Sequence record: MT446415.1
Reading direction: 5' to 3' (one strand)
DNA: 64,000 nt
Source of the DNA: Escherichia virus TH44
Under the pieces are notes generated by a model. That model saw nothing but the letters and a program-made list of their open reading frames with translations. It was not told where the DNA came from and searched no databases. The translations under genes were made by a program, and so were the position numbers. Shown here in pieces: positions 28,481 to 37,219 of this stretch; positions within the stretch are counted from its first letter, which is position 1; the number at the start of each line of letters is the position of its first letter.

Positions 28481-28840
28481 ATGGTAAGAGTTATCACTTT
28501 AGCCATAGGGTTAGTATTCAGCACGGGAGGAATAGCTTCAGTACAGAGCGACGACAACAACAGCATCATAGAATATGCAACGAGGACGGCTAAAGATTAT
28601 TGCGCAGCAAGCAATGTGGATTGTGTAATCCAGTTCAGTGCCAAGCTCACCGCAGCCTATAAAGATGGCCAAAATGATGTTGAACATACGCTTTTGAAAA
28701 AGAATGTATTATCCAACAAATATGAAAAGAAACTATTTGAAATGGATTGCATTCTGTCAAGTGCAAAATATAAGGCGGCCTGCACCAGTATGGTTGACAG
28801 GTTAGTGGATTCATATAATAGAGGATTGAACTCTAAATGA
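28481..28840 (+). CDS. secreted small Cys-containing protein
   Basis: Signal-peptide-like N-terminus MVRVITLAIGLVFSTGGIASVQS; four Cys. Confidence 0.55.
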   Translation: MVRVITLAIGLVFSTGGIASVQSDDNNSIIEYATRTAKDYCAASNVDCVIQFSAKLTAAYKDGQNDVEHTLLKKNVLSNKYEKKLFEMDCILSSAKYKAACTSMVDRLVDSYNRGLNSK

Positions 28841-29310
28841 TTACCCAGTATATTAAGGGCGATATCGTCGCCCTCTTTCTTCAAGGCAATATTATTGCAC
28901 ATGGTTGTAACTGCTTTCACACAATGGGTTCTGGCGTAGCTGGGCAGCTGGCGAAGGCTTATCCAAAAGTTTTAGAAATAGATAAAACCACTACTGAATA
29001 CGGTTCTCGTGATAAATTAGGCGATATGTCTATTGTTTTTAAACATAAGACTACAGGTTTTGGCATGTGCTATAACTTGTATACGCAATACGAACCAGGC
29101 CCTAATCTTGATTATGGTGCTTTAGTAAATTGTATGATAGAATTAAATCTACAAGCAGAAACCCTTTTGTTTAAACCGGTAATTTATATTCCTCGTATTG
29201 GTTGCGGTATTGCAGGCGGAGATTGGGATAAGGTTTCTAAATTAATCGACATGTTTACTCCTGACATTGATTTAATAGTGGTGGATTATGAGCCAAGCCC
29301 GAATTCTTAA
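28837..29310 (+). CDS. macro-domain-like protein (putative ADP-ribose binding/hydrolase)
   Basis: Motifs HGCNCFHTMGSGVAGQ and PRIGCGIAGGDW resemble the two glycine-rich signatures of macrodomains. Confidence 0.6.
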   Translation: MITQYIKGDIVALFLQGNIIAHGCNCFHTMGSGVAGQLAKAYPKVLEIDKTTTEYGSRDKLGDMSIVFKHKTTGFGMCYNLYTQYEPGPNLDYGALVNCMIELNLQAETLLFKPVIYIPRIGCGIAGGDWDKVSKLIDMFTPDIDLIVVDYEPSPNS

Positions 29311-29494
29311 AACGGCCAAATGTGAAAAATGTGAATGGCCAGTAATCGCAGCTTTGTGCAACGATGAAATGAATTGCGAATATGATTACTGGTGGTACTG
29401 TTCTAATAAAGGATGTTCTAATCATAAGGGTGAAGGTTTTCATTCTGGTTATTGCGAACATCCTAAATTTGTGCGATATGGGGAACCGAAATGA
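29288..29494 (+). CDS. Cys-rich small protein (zinc-binding-like)
   Basis: 68 aa with 9 Cys incl. CEKCEW, CSNKGC. Confidence 0.5.
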   Translation: MSQARILKTAKCEKCEWPVIAALCNDEMNCEYDYWWYCSNKGCSNHKGEGFHSGYCEHPKFVRYGEPK

Positions 29495-29676
29495 GTTTAA
29501 GCATTAGTCAGAAAAGTAGATTATTTGAGCTTATCCATGAGCTTTTGGATGAGCATACGGAAGCAAACGCCTTTTATGATGAATACGGTCCAATAGATGC
29601 CGAACATCAGGAAGAATTTGCCAATCGATTTGATGCGAAAGAAAACGAATTAATAGCTTATGTGAATACGCTTTAA
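29491..29676 (+). CDS. acidic small protein
   Basis: 61 aa. Confidence 0.5.
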   Translation: MSLSISQKSRLFELIHELLDEHTEANAFYDEYGPIDAEHQEEFANRFDAKENELIAYVNTL

Positions 29677-29685
29677 GAAGGTGAT

Positions 29686-30258
29686 ATGGCGAGTTTAATT
29701 TATCATTACGCAGCAATGAATGCAGGCAAAACAGCTTCATTGCTGACTGCAGCTTATTCCTATAAAGAGCGTGGAATGAGTGTGCTTTTGCTAAAACCTG
29801 TTATTGATAATCGGGACTCGGAAGGCGAAATTAAATCACGCATCGGTATTAGCCAGGAAGCAAACCTGGTGACGGCCGACATGAACCTGTTTGAATTCTA
29901 TAAATGGGCCGAGTCTCAAAAGGATATCCATTGTGTCCTGGTCGATGAAGCTCAATTTTTGTTACCAGAGCAAATTGACCAGTTAGCTCAAGTGGTTGAT
30001 AATTACAATATCCCCGTTATGTGTTACGGGTTAAGAACAGATTTTCGGGGCCAATTATTTCCCGGTTCGGCTAGACTTCTGGCTATTTCGGATAAACTGG
30101 TTGAATTAAAGGGCGTCTGTCATTGCGGTCGGAAAGCAACCATGACCGCTCGAGTAATCGACGGTGCTGCTGTAAAGGACGGCGAGCAAGTATTGGTCGG
30201 TGGGAATGAATCGTACGTATCTTTATGCAGAAAACATTGGCTCGAATTGACAAGCTGA
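29686..30258 (+). CDS. tk: thymidine kinase
   Basis: 190 aa; MASLIYHYAAMNAGKTASLL...VDEAQF...CHCGRKATMTAR...LCRKHW, very close to T4 Tk. Confidence 0.95.
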   Translation: MASLIYHYAAMNAGKTASLLTAAYSYKERGMSVLLLKPVIDNRDSEGEIKSRIGISQEANLVTADMNLFEFYKWAESQKDIHCVLVDEAQFLLPEQIDQLAQVVDNYNIPVMCYGLRTDFRGQLFPGSARLLAISDKLVELKGVCHCGRKATMTARVIDGAAVKDGEQVLVGGNESYVSLCRKHWLELTS

Positions 30259-30265
30259 GGTTCGC

Positions 30266-30541
30266 ATGGTATACAAGGTTTGGACGTATATCTCTATTTT
30301 GATATTCCTGGTTTTGGTTTTTGTTCCGATGCAACAAGACCAGGAAAGGTATGAGCGCGAAGTTGAAATTGTTGCAAGTACCTATCACTCGTTCAACAAA
30401 GAGTGCCCCAATAAAAACGGAATAAGCCTGCAACAAGCATACTATTTGTCAACGGTCACCAGCCCAAAACAACGGGTCTGGGTTGAACGTAATTTTGCAA
30501 GTTTATTTTCAGAGTACTGCTTTAATTTTAAACGTCTATAA
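30266..30541 (+). CDS. membrane-anchored small protein
   Basis: N-terminal TM helix. Confidence 0.55.
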   Translation: MVYKVWTYISILIFLVLVFVPMQQDQERYEREVEIVASTYHSFNKECPNKNGISLQQAYYLSTVTSPKQRVWVERNFASLFSEYCFNFKRL

Positions 30542-30613
30542 ATACAGTTACTAACTAGTATTCCGCTATGTTAAGGCTGCAAAGCGTAATCATGACCAAC
30601 AATAGGAGTCCTT

Positions 30614-30907
30614 ATGGACCTTATTCGAGGACTTTCATTAAGTCTAATAATCCTGGGCTGTTTAGGCCCAAATCTGTCCTCTGCAACAGAGGGGAAGTTT
30701 ACCCAATATGCAGATAGTGCGATGAAGATTTATTCGCAATTCAAAGAACCAAGCGTGCACCAATCCGAACAGTTCTGGGCGTTTATCAAGACTGAATGGA
30801 ACAACAAAAGCCAATGCGAAACAGAAATCACCTGCAAAAGCGATGGTAAAGCTGCGGCGAGAGAGTACGCTAAATTAATGAAGGTAAAATTGGAAGATGA
30901 AATTTGA
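30614..30907 (+). CDS. rI: lysis-inhibition regulator RI-like protein
   Basis: 97 aa with signal-anchor-like N-terminus; ...SEQFWAFIKTEW...YAKLMKVKLEDEI resembles remembered T4 RI; next to tk. Confidence 0.6.
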   Translation: MDLIRGLSLSLIILGCLGPNLSSATEGKFTQYADSAMKIYSQFKEPSVHQSEQFWAFIKTEWNNKSQCETEITCKSDGKAAAREYAKLMKVKLEDEI

Positions 30908-31280
30908 TGATTTCGTAACGGGTCGTGGGTCTGAGGTGGATTCATATATTGGGTGGCTATTAGTCTCTTTGGCTTATTTTAAGTCTGCTCATCTTGAAAC
31001 CAAAAGTTATGCCCGCCATAAAGCTTATGATTTCTACTTCACAGAAATCCAGGGTCCACTCGACCAGTTCAGTGAGCAATGGTTAGGTTACAGCGGGAAA
31101 CAATACAAAGCTGCATTACCGTCCGCCTCGGACTTGCCGAAAGATACAATTTTGTTTTTAGATGAAATGATTAAAAGCTCGGAAAGAGTCTATAAAGTTG
31201 TACCCAAGGCTATTCAATCGACTCTGGACGATATCGTTGGAGTTTTCTTTCAGACTAAGTATCTGTTAACACTAGAGTAA
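30897..31280 (+). CDS. hypothetical protein
   Basis: 127 aa. Confidence 0.55.
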   Translation: MKFDDFVTGRGSEVDSYIGWLLVSLAYFKSAHLETKSYARHKAYDFYFTEIQGPLDQFSEQWLGYSGKQYKAALPSASDLPKDTILFLDEMIKSSERVYKVVPKAIQSTLDDIVGVFFQTKYLLTLE

Positions 31281-31286
31281 TTCAAA

Positions 31287-31313
31287 AGGTCTGCCTTCGG
31301 GTGGACCTTTTTT
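31287..31313 (+). terminator. rho-independent terminator with UUCG tetraloop
   Basis: aaggtctgcc-ttcg-ggtggacctt then TTTTT; ~90-bp block repeated at 60581-60670. Confidence 0.75.
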
Positions 31314-31381
31314 CATTTAGGGGGTTTACAACACCATAAAAAGGGTGTACTATTATCCCATCAACTACTGAGGAGAACACA

Positions 31382-31585
31382 ATGAGAATTAAAAATATCA
31401 AGATTGATGCAGTTAATACTGGTGATGAGGTTGTTATCTATCTTAATGATTATGCAATCTTTATGGACAGTGCCACTGATGAAGAAGTGGTTGAACTCTT
31501 ACAGAAAGCTCCATTTGAACTGTGTGAAGAAGATGCTACCCATCTTTCATCAGCAATTTTCTCATTATCATATGTGGTGGAATAA
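31382..31585 (+). CDS. hypothetical protein
   Basis: 67 aa after conserved leader. Confidence 0.55.
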   Translation: MRIKNIKIDAVNTGDEVVIYLNDYAIFMDSATDEEVVELLQKAPFELCEEDATHLSSAIFSLSYVVE

Positions 31586-31821
31586 TGAAACTTACAAATA
31601 CCATGGTTTCATTGGAATATGAAACCAATAATCATATTCTTGAAATTAAGATATTTGATGACGGAAGCATATTTGCTGATTACCGCGGATATAGAATCCG
31701 CCTGGAAAAGGATGAGCTCAATGAACCATGGCTCCTTAAAGACACCTTAAAGGGTTGTGGGTGTAAACTGAAGACCACTCAAGTCCAAGAATTAATTTCT
31801 ACCATCAAAAAATACTGGTGA
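31585..31821 (+). CDS. hypothetical protein
   Basis: 78 aa. Confidence 0.55.
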   Translation: MKLTNTMVSLEYETNNHILEIKIFDDGSIFADYRGYRIRLEKDELNEPWLLKDTLKGCGCKLKTTQVQELISTIKKYW

Positions 31822-31825
31822 TATT

Positions 31826-32008
31826 ATGTTAACTACTGAACAGATTGAACAAATCCTTAAACTTGCTACTGCTGTTGAACGCGATTCTTATGATATGGCA
31901 GTAGAACATTGTGAAGGCTATTCATATTCCGGAATAGAGCAGTGTAAACGAGATTTAGCGAATTCTAAAGCAGCATTGGTTGGGTATCTGAATGAGTTGA
32001 AAGAATAA
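31826..32008 (+). CDS. hypothetical protein
   Basis: 60 aa. Confidence 0.5.
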   Translation: MLTTEQIEQILKLATAVERDSYDMAVEHCEGYSYSGIEQCKRDLANSKAALVGYLNELKE

Positions 32009-32265
32009 TGGCTGTTGGATTTGCAAAAGATGGTGCTGAACAGTTAGAGATGGAAGCGGTTGTCCAAGCCGCTATCACCCACGCTCGTAAGCAAGTTGCA
32101 GTTGAAAGGGAGTCTGCTGAATTCTGTTTTGACTGCGACGAAAAAATTCCTGAAGCGCGGAGACAAGCGATTAAAGGCGTGATATATTGTGTTGGTTGTC
32201 AATCAATGCATGATGAAATTTTTAAACGTGAGCCACGAAATTGTTGGCACAGGAGCATGAGATGA
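32008..32265 (+). CDS. TraR/DksA-family C4 zinc-finger protein
   Basis: CFDCDEKIP...CVGCQ (CxxC-N17-CxxC). Confidence 0.65.
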   Translation: MAVGFAKDGAEQLEMEAVVQAAITHARKQVAVERESAEFCFDCDEKIPEARRQAIKGVIYCVGCQSMHDEIFKREPRNCWHRSMR

Positions 32266-32356
32266 TTTACTATCTTGAATCTTGGGCTTGGTTAACAATG
32301 ACCGTAGGACCTGTTTTAATTGGTTTATTCTTTTCATGGTTAGCGAGGAAACTGTA

Positions 32357-32554
32357 ATGTTATATGACCCGAGTGGTAATTCTGAAGATGGTATTATTGT
32401 CCTCTTGGCAGATGTTGAAGAATCCGACGATGACATCTTTGTTAAAGATTGGGAAGAAAAAGGTGGAATCACAATCCAGCAAGAAAATGATATGATTTGT
32501 CTGAATGCAGACCAAGTCGAAGAGCTTTATAGTATTTTAAAACATAACCGTTGA
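32357..32554 (+). CDS. acidic small protein
   Basis: ATG after gcgaggaaactgtaATG; track ORF 32282. Confidence 0.5.
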   Translation: MLYDPSGNSEDGIIVLLADVEESDDDIFVKDWEEKGGITIQQENDMICLNADQVEELYSILKHNR

Positions 32555-32564
32555 GGAACAGAAA

Positions 32565-33125
32565 ATGATTATTGAAACAACTGAATTGTTTGGCGAACTG
32601 ACCGCTGAAGTAGTTAATAATGCAATTGAGCTTTGTCAAGAAGACGATAAAATCGTACTGACTATCCAAGATATTAAACCACTTTATGATTTAATGGTTT
32701 TGGATAGACACGATTATCTTAATGGTCGTGCTAGTGCTCCTATTGATATCAATGATGATATGTATGCCTATATCTATAAAAATGAAGCTGGGTTTAATCT
32801 GGAAAATGGTATTGAATGTCTGAGCATCAGCGATTCTGATAAATTCTTTGATTGTATCTTCAAACTCTTCCAGGAAGAATGCAAGCCAGAAGTTGAATGG
32901 AAAGTACCAGGTCAAGATGCGCTGATTCGCTCCAGTGAAACCTTTGATGGCGACGAAGAAGAATTGAATTATAATACTGAACTGTCTGTTGTTCAACATG
33001 GCGGCCGTGACCAACTATGTATTACCCAAGTACACGATGGTTTTAATGAAGTGGTATTTACTAAAGACGAGCTAAAAGTTTTAGTCTCTTATCTGAACTC
33101 TGTTATCCCAACTATGAACGCTTAA
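32565..33125 (+). CDS. acidic hypothetical protein
   Basis: 186 aa. Confidence 0.6.
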   Translation: MIIETTELFGELTAEVVNNAIELCQEDDKIVLTIQDIKPLYDLMVLDRHDYLNGRASAPIDINDDMYAYIYKNEAGFNLENGIECLSISDSDKFFDCIFKLFQEECKPEVEWKVPGQDALIRSSETFDGDEEELNYNTELSVVQHGGRDQLCITQVHDGFNEVVFTKDELKVLVSYLNSVIPTMNA

Positions 33126-33135
33126 GGAAAATATT

Positions 33136-33588
33136 ATGATTATCAATGCAAACTCTTGGCACGTTAAATTACACGACCGTTTTTACGACCGTAATTCTCG
33201 ACCACACTCTCTGTGTGCTTATTTCTGGAAAATGGTTTGGGCTTGTTTTGCTTGTGCTGTTGTTGCAGGTAGTACGCTTTTTGGATTAACTGTTGCAGGG
33301 GCTGGGGTATTAGAGCATTTCTTTGTATTAAGTACTCCTGTTCTGTTGAGTCTCGGGTTTGTTTTAGGGTTGGCTACGATAGCTCTTATTATTGCGCTAT
33401 CCATTGGTTTGGCATTAGGTGCGATGAATTTACACGCATGGTATGATGCACGTATAGAAGAAAAGGAATGGCAACGTATTCTAGCCAAACGTGAAGGAAA
33501 GGAAATTAAAGAAAATATCGTCATTCAATATATCAAAGCTCGTAAATCTAAGATGTGTCCGGTAATCCATTTTGAGGCGAAGAAATGA
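33136..33588 (+). CDS. membrane protein
   Basis: 150 aa, several TM helices. Confidence 0.6.
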   Translation: MIINANSWHVKLHDRFYDRNSRPHSLCAYFWKMVWACFACAVVAGSTLFGLTVAGAGVLEHFFVLSTPVLLSLGFVLGLATIALIIALSIGLALGAMNLHAWYDARIEEKEWQRILAKREGKEIKENIVIQYIKARKSKMCPVIHFEAKK

Positions 33589-34595
33589 GAACAGTTATGA
33601 AAGGCTACTTCGGTAGCCATCTTTATGGAACAAGTACCCCGGAATCTGATGTCGATTTTAAAGAAATCTTTGTTCCGCATCCTCGTGATATTCTACTTGG
33701 GACGGCGATGAACCATACCAACCTGAATACGAATAACACGGCCACCAAAAATACAAAAGATGATGTTGACCATGAGCTTTACAGCCTGAAATATTTCTTT
33801 AAACTGGCGGCCGAAGGCGAAACCGTTGCTCTGGATATGATTCACACCCCGGCTGACCTGGTTGTCAAATCCGATTTACCGGATGTATGGAAGTTTATTC
33901 AAGACAACCGTTCGCGGTTTTATACAACTAACATGAAAGCCTATTTGGGGTATGTCCGTAAGCAAGCTTCCAAATATGGTGTTAAAGGTTCTCGTCTGGC
34001 TGCTCTGCGTGGTGTACTGGCAATCGTTAACCAGATTCCTGAACAGTGGGTCGACTATCAAGAAGGAATCCCTGATAGACTTCGTCGTACTAAGGTAGAA
34101 GATATCAAACACAGACTCCCTGAAAACGAGTTCTGTGAATGGGTATTCCATAACCATGAGAAAACAGGTCCACAAACGTTCTATACTGTTCTCGGACGTA
34201 AGTACCAAACAACGTTATCAATTACAGAGCTTAAGCAATCTCTGAATAAACTTGATGCTGAATATGGTGAACGTGCTCGTAAGGCAGAAGCCAATGAAGG
34301 TATTGACTGGAAAGCTCTGAGTCACGCTTATCGCGCAGGGTATCAATTGATGGAAATCTACCAAACAGGTGACTTGGTGTTCCCATTGCGCGAAGCCTCT
34401 ATCATTAAGCTGATTAAAGCCGGTGAATTACCATTTAAAGAAGTTCAAGAACTTCTTGAAGATACTGTTGATTTGGTTGAAGTTCTGGCTATCCAGGCTC
34501 ATAAGAACGGTATGCCTGAGAAGGTAGACATGAAGTTCTGGGACAAGTTCGTTGAAGAGGTATATCTTGACAACCACAACTCTTATTATCGATAA
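33585..34595 (+). CDS. Pol-beta-superfamily nucleotidyltransferase-like protein
   Basis: N-terminal GSHLYGTSTPESDVDF fits G[S]x9D.D nucleotidyltransferase motif; 336 aa. Confidence 0.6.
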   Translation: MRTVMKGYFGSHLYGTSTPESDVDFKEIFVPHPRDILLGTAMNHTNLNTNNTATKNTKDDVDHELYSLKYFFKLAAEGETVALDMIHTPADLVVKSDLPDVWKFIQDNRSRFYTTNMKAYLGYVRKQASKYGVKGSRLAALRGVLAIVNQIPEQWVDYQEGIPDRLRRTKVEDIKHRLPENEFCEWVFHNHEKTGPQTFYTVLGRKYQTTLSITELKQSLNKLDAEYGERARKAEANEGIDWKALSHAYRAGYQLMEIYQTGDLVFPLREASIIKLIKAGELPFKEVQELLEDTVDLVEVLAIQAHKNGMPEKVDMKFWDKFVEEVYLDNHNSYYR

Positions 34596-34791
34596 CCAGG
34601 AAATCAAGGTCTTCTTATCATATGGAAGACCTCATAAAGGTCGCCGCTGGTATCTCGAAGCAGTCTGTCGGGAAACTGGTCGTCGAGTCAATATTAAGTA
34701 CACATGCAAACCAACTCCCAAGCAAACTCGCAGGTTTGTCAACTGGGCTATCAATACTATAAGATTCCATAATTTTTGGAGTGCAATCTAA
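34552..34791 (+). CDS. small basic protein (uncertain)
   Basis: 79 aa ORF overlapping previous gene by 44 nt; terminator directly after its stop. Confidence 0.35.
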   Translation: MKRYILTTTTLIIDNQEIKVFLSYGRPHKGRRWYLEAVCRETGRRVNIKYTCKPTPKQTRRFVNWAINTIRFHNFWSAI

Positions 34792-34814
34792 GGACCCTTC
34801 GGGGTCCTTTTTTA
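34792..34814 (+). terminator. rho-independent terminator
   Basis: ggaccc-ttcg-gggtcc followed by TTTTTT. Confidence 0.75.
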
Positions 34815-34826
34815 TTTTAAAAAGTA

Positions 34827-34856
34827 GTGTACAACCAGATGGTCATGAGGCATAAT
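34827..34856 (+). promoter_or_regulatory. early-promoter cassette (gtgtac-N18-cataat)
   Basis: Leader gattccatactgagttaccaaataaacaaacggagaataaaATG. Confidence 0.55.
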
Positions 34857-34897
34857 GATTCCATACTGAGTTACCAAATAAACAAACGGAGAATAAA

Positions 34898-35104
34898 ATG
34901 TTAGAATTAATCAAAGCTGCTGGTGAAAAAGGTCTGATGGTTAACACTCGTGACCCAGAACAACGTCAAGCATTTGGTGAGTTAAAAGCCAAAGGGCTGG
35001 TTAAAGCATCCCTTGGTATTGGTAATGCTTTGCGTGTGACTTTGACCCCTGCAGGTAAAGCAATGTTCTTCCCTAAACCATTACCAAAACGTCGTCGCAA
35101 GTGA
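34898..35104 (+). CDS. small basic protein
   Basis: 68 aa, C-terminal KRRRK. Confidence 0.55.
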   Translation: MLELIKAAGEKGLMVNTRDPEQRQAFGELKAKGLVKASLGIGNALRVTLTPAGKAMFFPKPLPKRRRK

Positions 35105-35110
35105 GGAATT

Positions 35111-35413
35111 ATGAAGAAGTATGAACTTGACATGATTGATGCATGTCTGAAATCTGCTGACCATTTTAAGTTGAAAATGCACAAGTTAAGAGGAATGATC
35201 AAAACTCCAGAAGAGAAGAAGCGATATGCTCTGAAGGAGAAATGTAAAGCTCTTATCATGATGGATAAGCTGCAAATGGTCGCCGCAGAAGCCCACAGGA
35301 CACGTAAAGCTGAGGCCCTTGGTGTTTATATGGCAGAGCAGCTTCATCGCGCCCAGCAAGCTGTTAAGAGCGTCTGGTTCAGCGGTGAAAATACTGAAAG
35401 AACTTTTAATTAA
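35111..35413 (+). CDS. hypothetical protein
   Basis: 100 aa. Confidence 0.55.
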   Translation: MKKYELDMIDACLKSADHFKLKMHKLRGMIKTPEEKKRYALKEKCKALIMMDKLQMVAAEAHRTRKAEALGVYMAEQLHRAQQAVKSVWFSGENTERTFN

Positions 35414-35415
35414 AT

Positions 35416-35445
35416 GTGTACATAGTATGGGGATAGACGTATAAT
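35416..35445 (+). promoter_or_regulatory. early-promoter cassette (gtgtac-N18-tataat)
   Basis: Leader gttcccatactgagttaccaaatactggagaataaaATG. Confidence 0.55.
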
Positions 35446-35481
35446 GTTCCCATACTGAGTTACCAAATACTGGAGAATAAA

Positions 35482-36006
35482 ATGGAAGCCAAATCAATCT
35501 TTAATCTGATTAATTACAATAATGGTAATTTTAAATCAGAAGCACAAAGTAAGTTCTTTAATGATGTTGCTTGTGCAGGCGAGATTACAGTATCAGGTGG
35601 TCAGACTTATAAAAACGCCTGGAACTGGATTGTGACTGTTGATTCAGTTGGTATTGTTGATGTGTATAAAAACACCAACAAAAACCGCTCTTTGTTCTGG
35701 TCAAGAGAGACTAATGCAGAATATCAAGCGGCAAGAGCAAAGAAAAATATGCCTACTGAATCTGATGTACAAAACATCAAATCAGATATTCAATATTATG
35801 ATGGTCTGATTGCTGAACAACAAGCGGTGCTTGATAAGTTCAATGAAATCAAGGCGTGTAAAGAGATTCCTGAATTCATGAGGGAATCAGTTAATGAACA
35901 ATACAATCTCACTTCAGAGCGTATTGAAACCTATACCAAACAAAGAGCAGAGCGCCAGGTACTCCTTCAGAAGTTTGAAGAGCGTTTAAAGACGGTTCTC
36001 GCATAA
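35482..36006 (+). CDS. hypothetical protein
   Basis: 174 aa. Confidence 0.6.
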   Translation: MEAKSIFNLINYNNGNFKSEAQSKFFNDVACAGEITVSGGQTYKNAWNWIVTVDSVGIVDVYKNTNKNRSLFWSRETNAEYQAARAKKNMPTESDVQNIKSDIQYYDGLIAEQQAVLDKFNEIKACKEIPEFMRESVNEQYNLTSERIETYTKQRAERQVLLQKFEERLKTVLA

Positions 36007-36069
36007 ACGCTTTATACCAAGGATGGTATAATGGTTCTGACCTTTGATTAATCTATTGAGGAAATTATT

Positions 36070-36918
36070 ATGTCACAAGCAATTAATGAAATTCGTTCTG
36101 AAGTTAAAAACGCTGTTAAATTCACAGGACGTATTCCAAGCACTAAAGATGTGGTTTTAAATGTTCTGTATATGATGTGGAATAAGTTCAATGTTTGTAC
36201 TAATTCTGCTGAATTCACTAAAATCTTTGAAAAGACCAAAGGTCTTCTTACATTAGAAGACCGAGTCATGAAATCTCTTCATCGTTCAGGTATGTTGTCT
36301 CGTGCTAATGCCAAAATTATTCTTAAAAAATATAACAAAGGCTATGACCTTTATGGTCGTGCGATTAGCACCATGACGTTTGATGAAGTGGTTAAAGACC
36401 TTTGGAAGAACCAACGTCGTTTACTGGCGCTTGGTGCGCGTCTTGCGAGTGGTCAAGATAAACAAATGACCTTTAAAACCAATAATTCTTTAGATTATAA
36501 ACTATTTAATGTTATTAAAGGTCAAAATGAAGGCGAATACAGTATTTCTTCTTTTAGTGGATGTCAATACGAAAACTGGAAATTCCATCTTCGTTTGGCG
36601 TTGTCTGTACTGGAATGCCACGGTGTTCTTACCTTTTATGATGTTCAAACTGGAGGCGTCCAGCGTATTAAATTATGTCAAATTAAAGACCAAGTTGAAG
36701 CCAGCCCTTCAGAACAAGCTCCTAAAATGGAACCTGTTCCAGTGCGAAGCAATGAAAAATATTCAGAGCAAATTGAGCTTTTCACTAAACAGATTGAAGA
36801 ACTTAACATCACCATCCAGCAACAAGATGATGAAATTTTCCGCCTGACAGGGTTGAACAGCGCAGCGAAAGCTGAACGTCAGAAACTGATGAACGTTATT
36901 GAATTGCTTAAGGATTAA
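36070..36918 (+). CDS. hypothetical protein
   Basis: 282 aa, C-terminal coiled-coil-like. Confidence 0.6.
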   Translation: MSQAINEIRSEVKNAVKFTGRIPSTKDVVLNVLYMMWNKFNVCTNSAEFTKIFEKTKGLLTLEDRVMKSLHRSGMLSRANAKIILKKYNKGYDLYGRAISTMTFDEVVKDLWKNQRRLLALGARLASGQDKQMTFKTNNSLDYKLFNVIKGQNEGEYSISSFSGCQYENWKFHLRLALSVLECHGVLTFYDVQTGGVQRIKLCQIKDQVEASPSEQAPKMEPVPVRSNEKYSEQIELFTKQIEELNITIQQQDDEIFRLTGLNSAAKAERQKLMNVIELLKD

Positions 36919-37002
36919 TAATGGAATGGCTTGCTGTTCTTGGTTATGTAATCATCGCCACAGGTATTCTGTGGCTGATATTCTCAAATATTGTAGGTTA
37001 AT

Positions 37003-37218
37003 ATGGAAATAGTAGGTTTTATTCTCCTTTACTTTGTGCTAGGATTCATAACGACCATTATCATTCATAAATCGGGTGATTGGAATCCAATCGAAATTGA
37101 ATCAAGCTATGACGCAGTATTCATTACACTAGTATGGCCTCTGCTTTGGTTTGTTTGGGCAATTATGATGGTGTTTTGGCCTATTGCTAAATTCTATGAA
37201 AAATTATTTGGACTATGA
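37003..37218 (+). CDS. small membrane protein
   Basis: 71 aa, two TM helices. Confidence 0.55.
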   Translation: MEIVGFILLYFVLGFITTIIIHKSGDWNPIEIESSYDAVFITLVWPLLWFVWAIMMVFWPIAKFYEKLFGL

Positions 37219-37219
37219 T

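Noticed and set aside
34552-34791. Whether the 79-aa ORF overlapping the 3' end of the nucleotidyltransferase-like gene is a toxin-antitoxin-style partner
   Set aside because: Kept as a low-confidence CDS only; the 44-nt overlap and absence of an obvious SD make it equally likely to be an alternate-frame artefact
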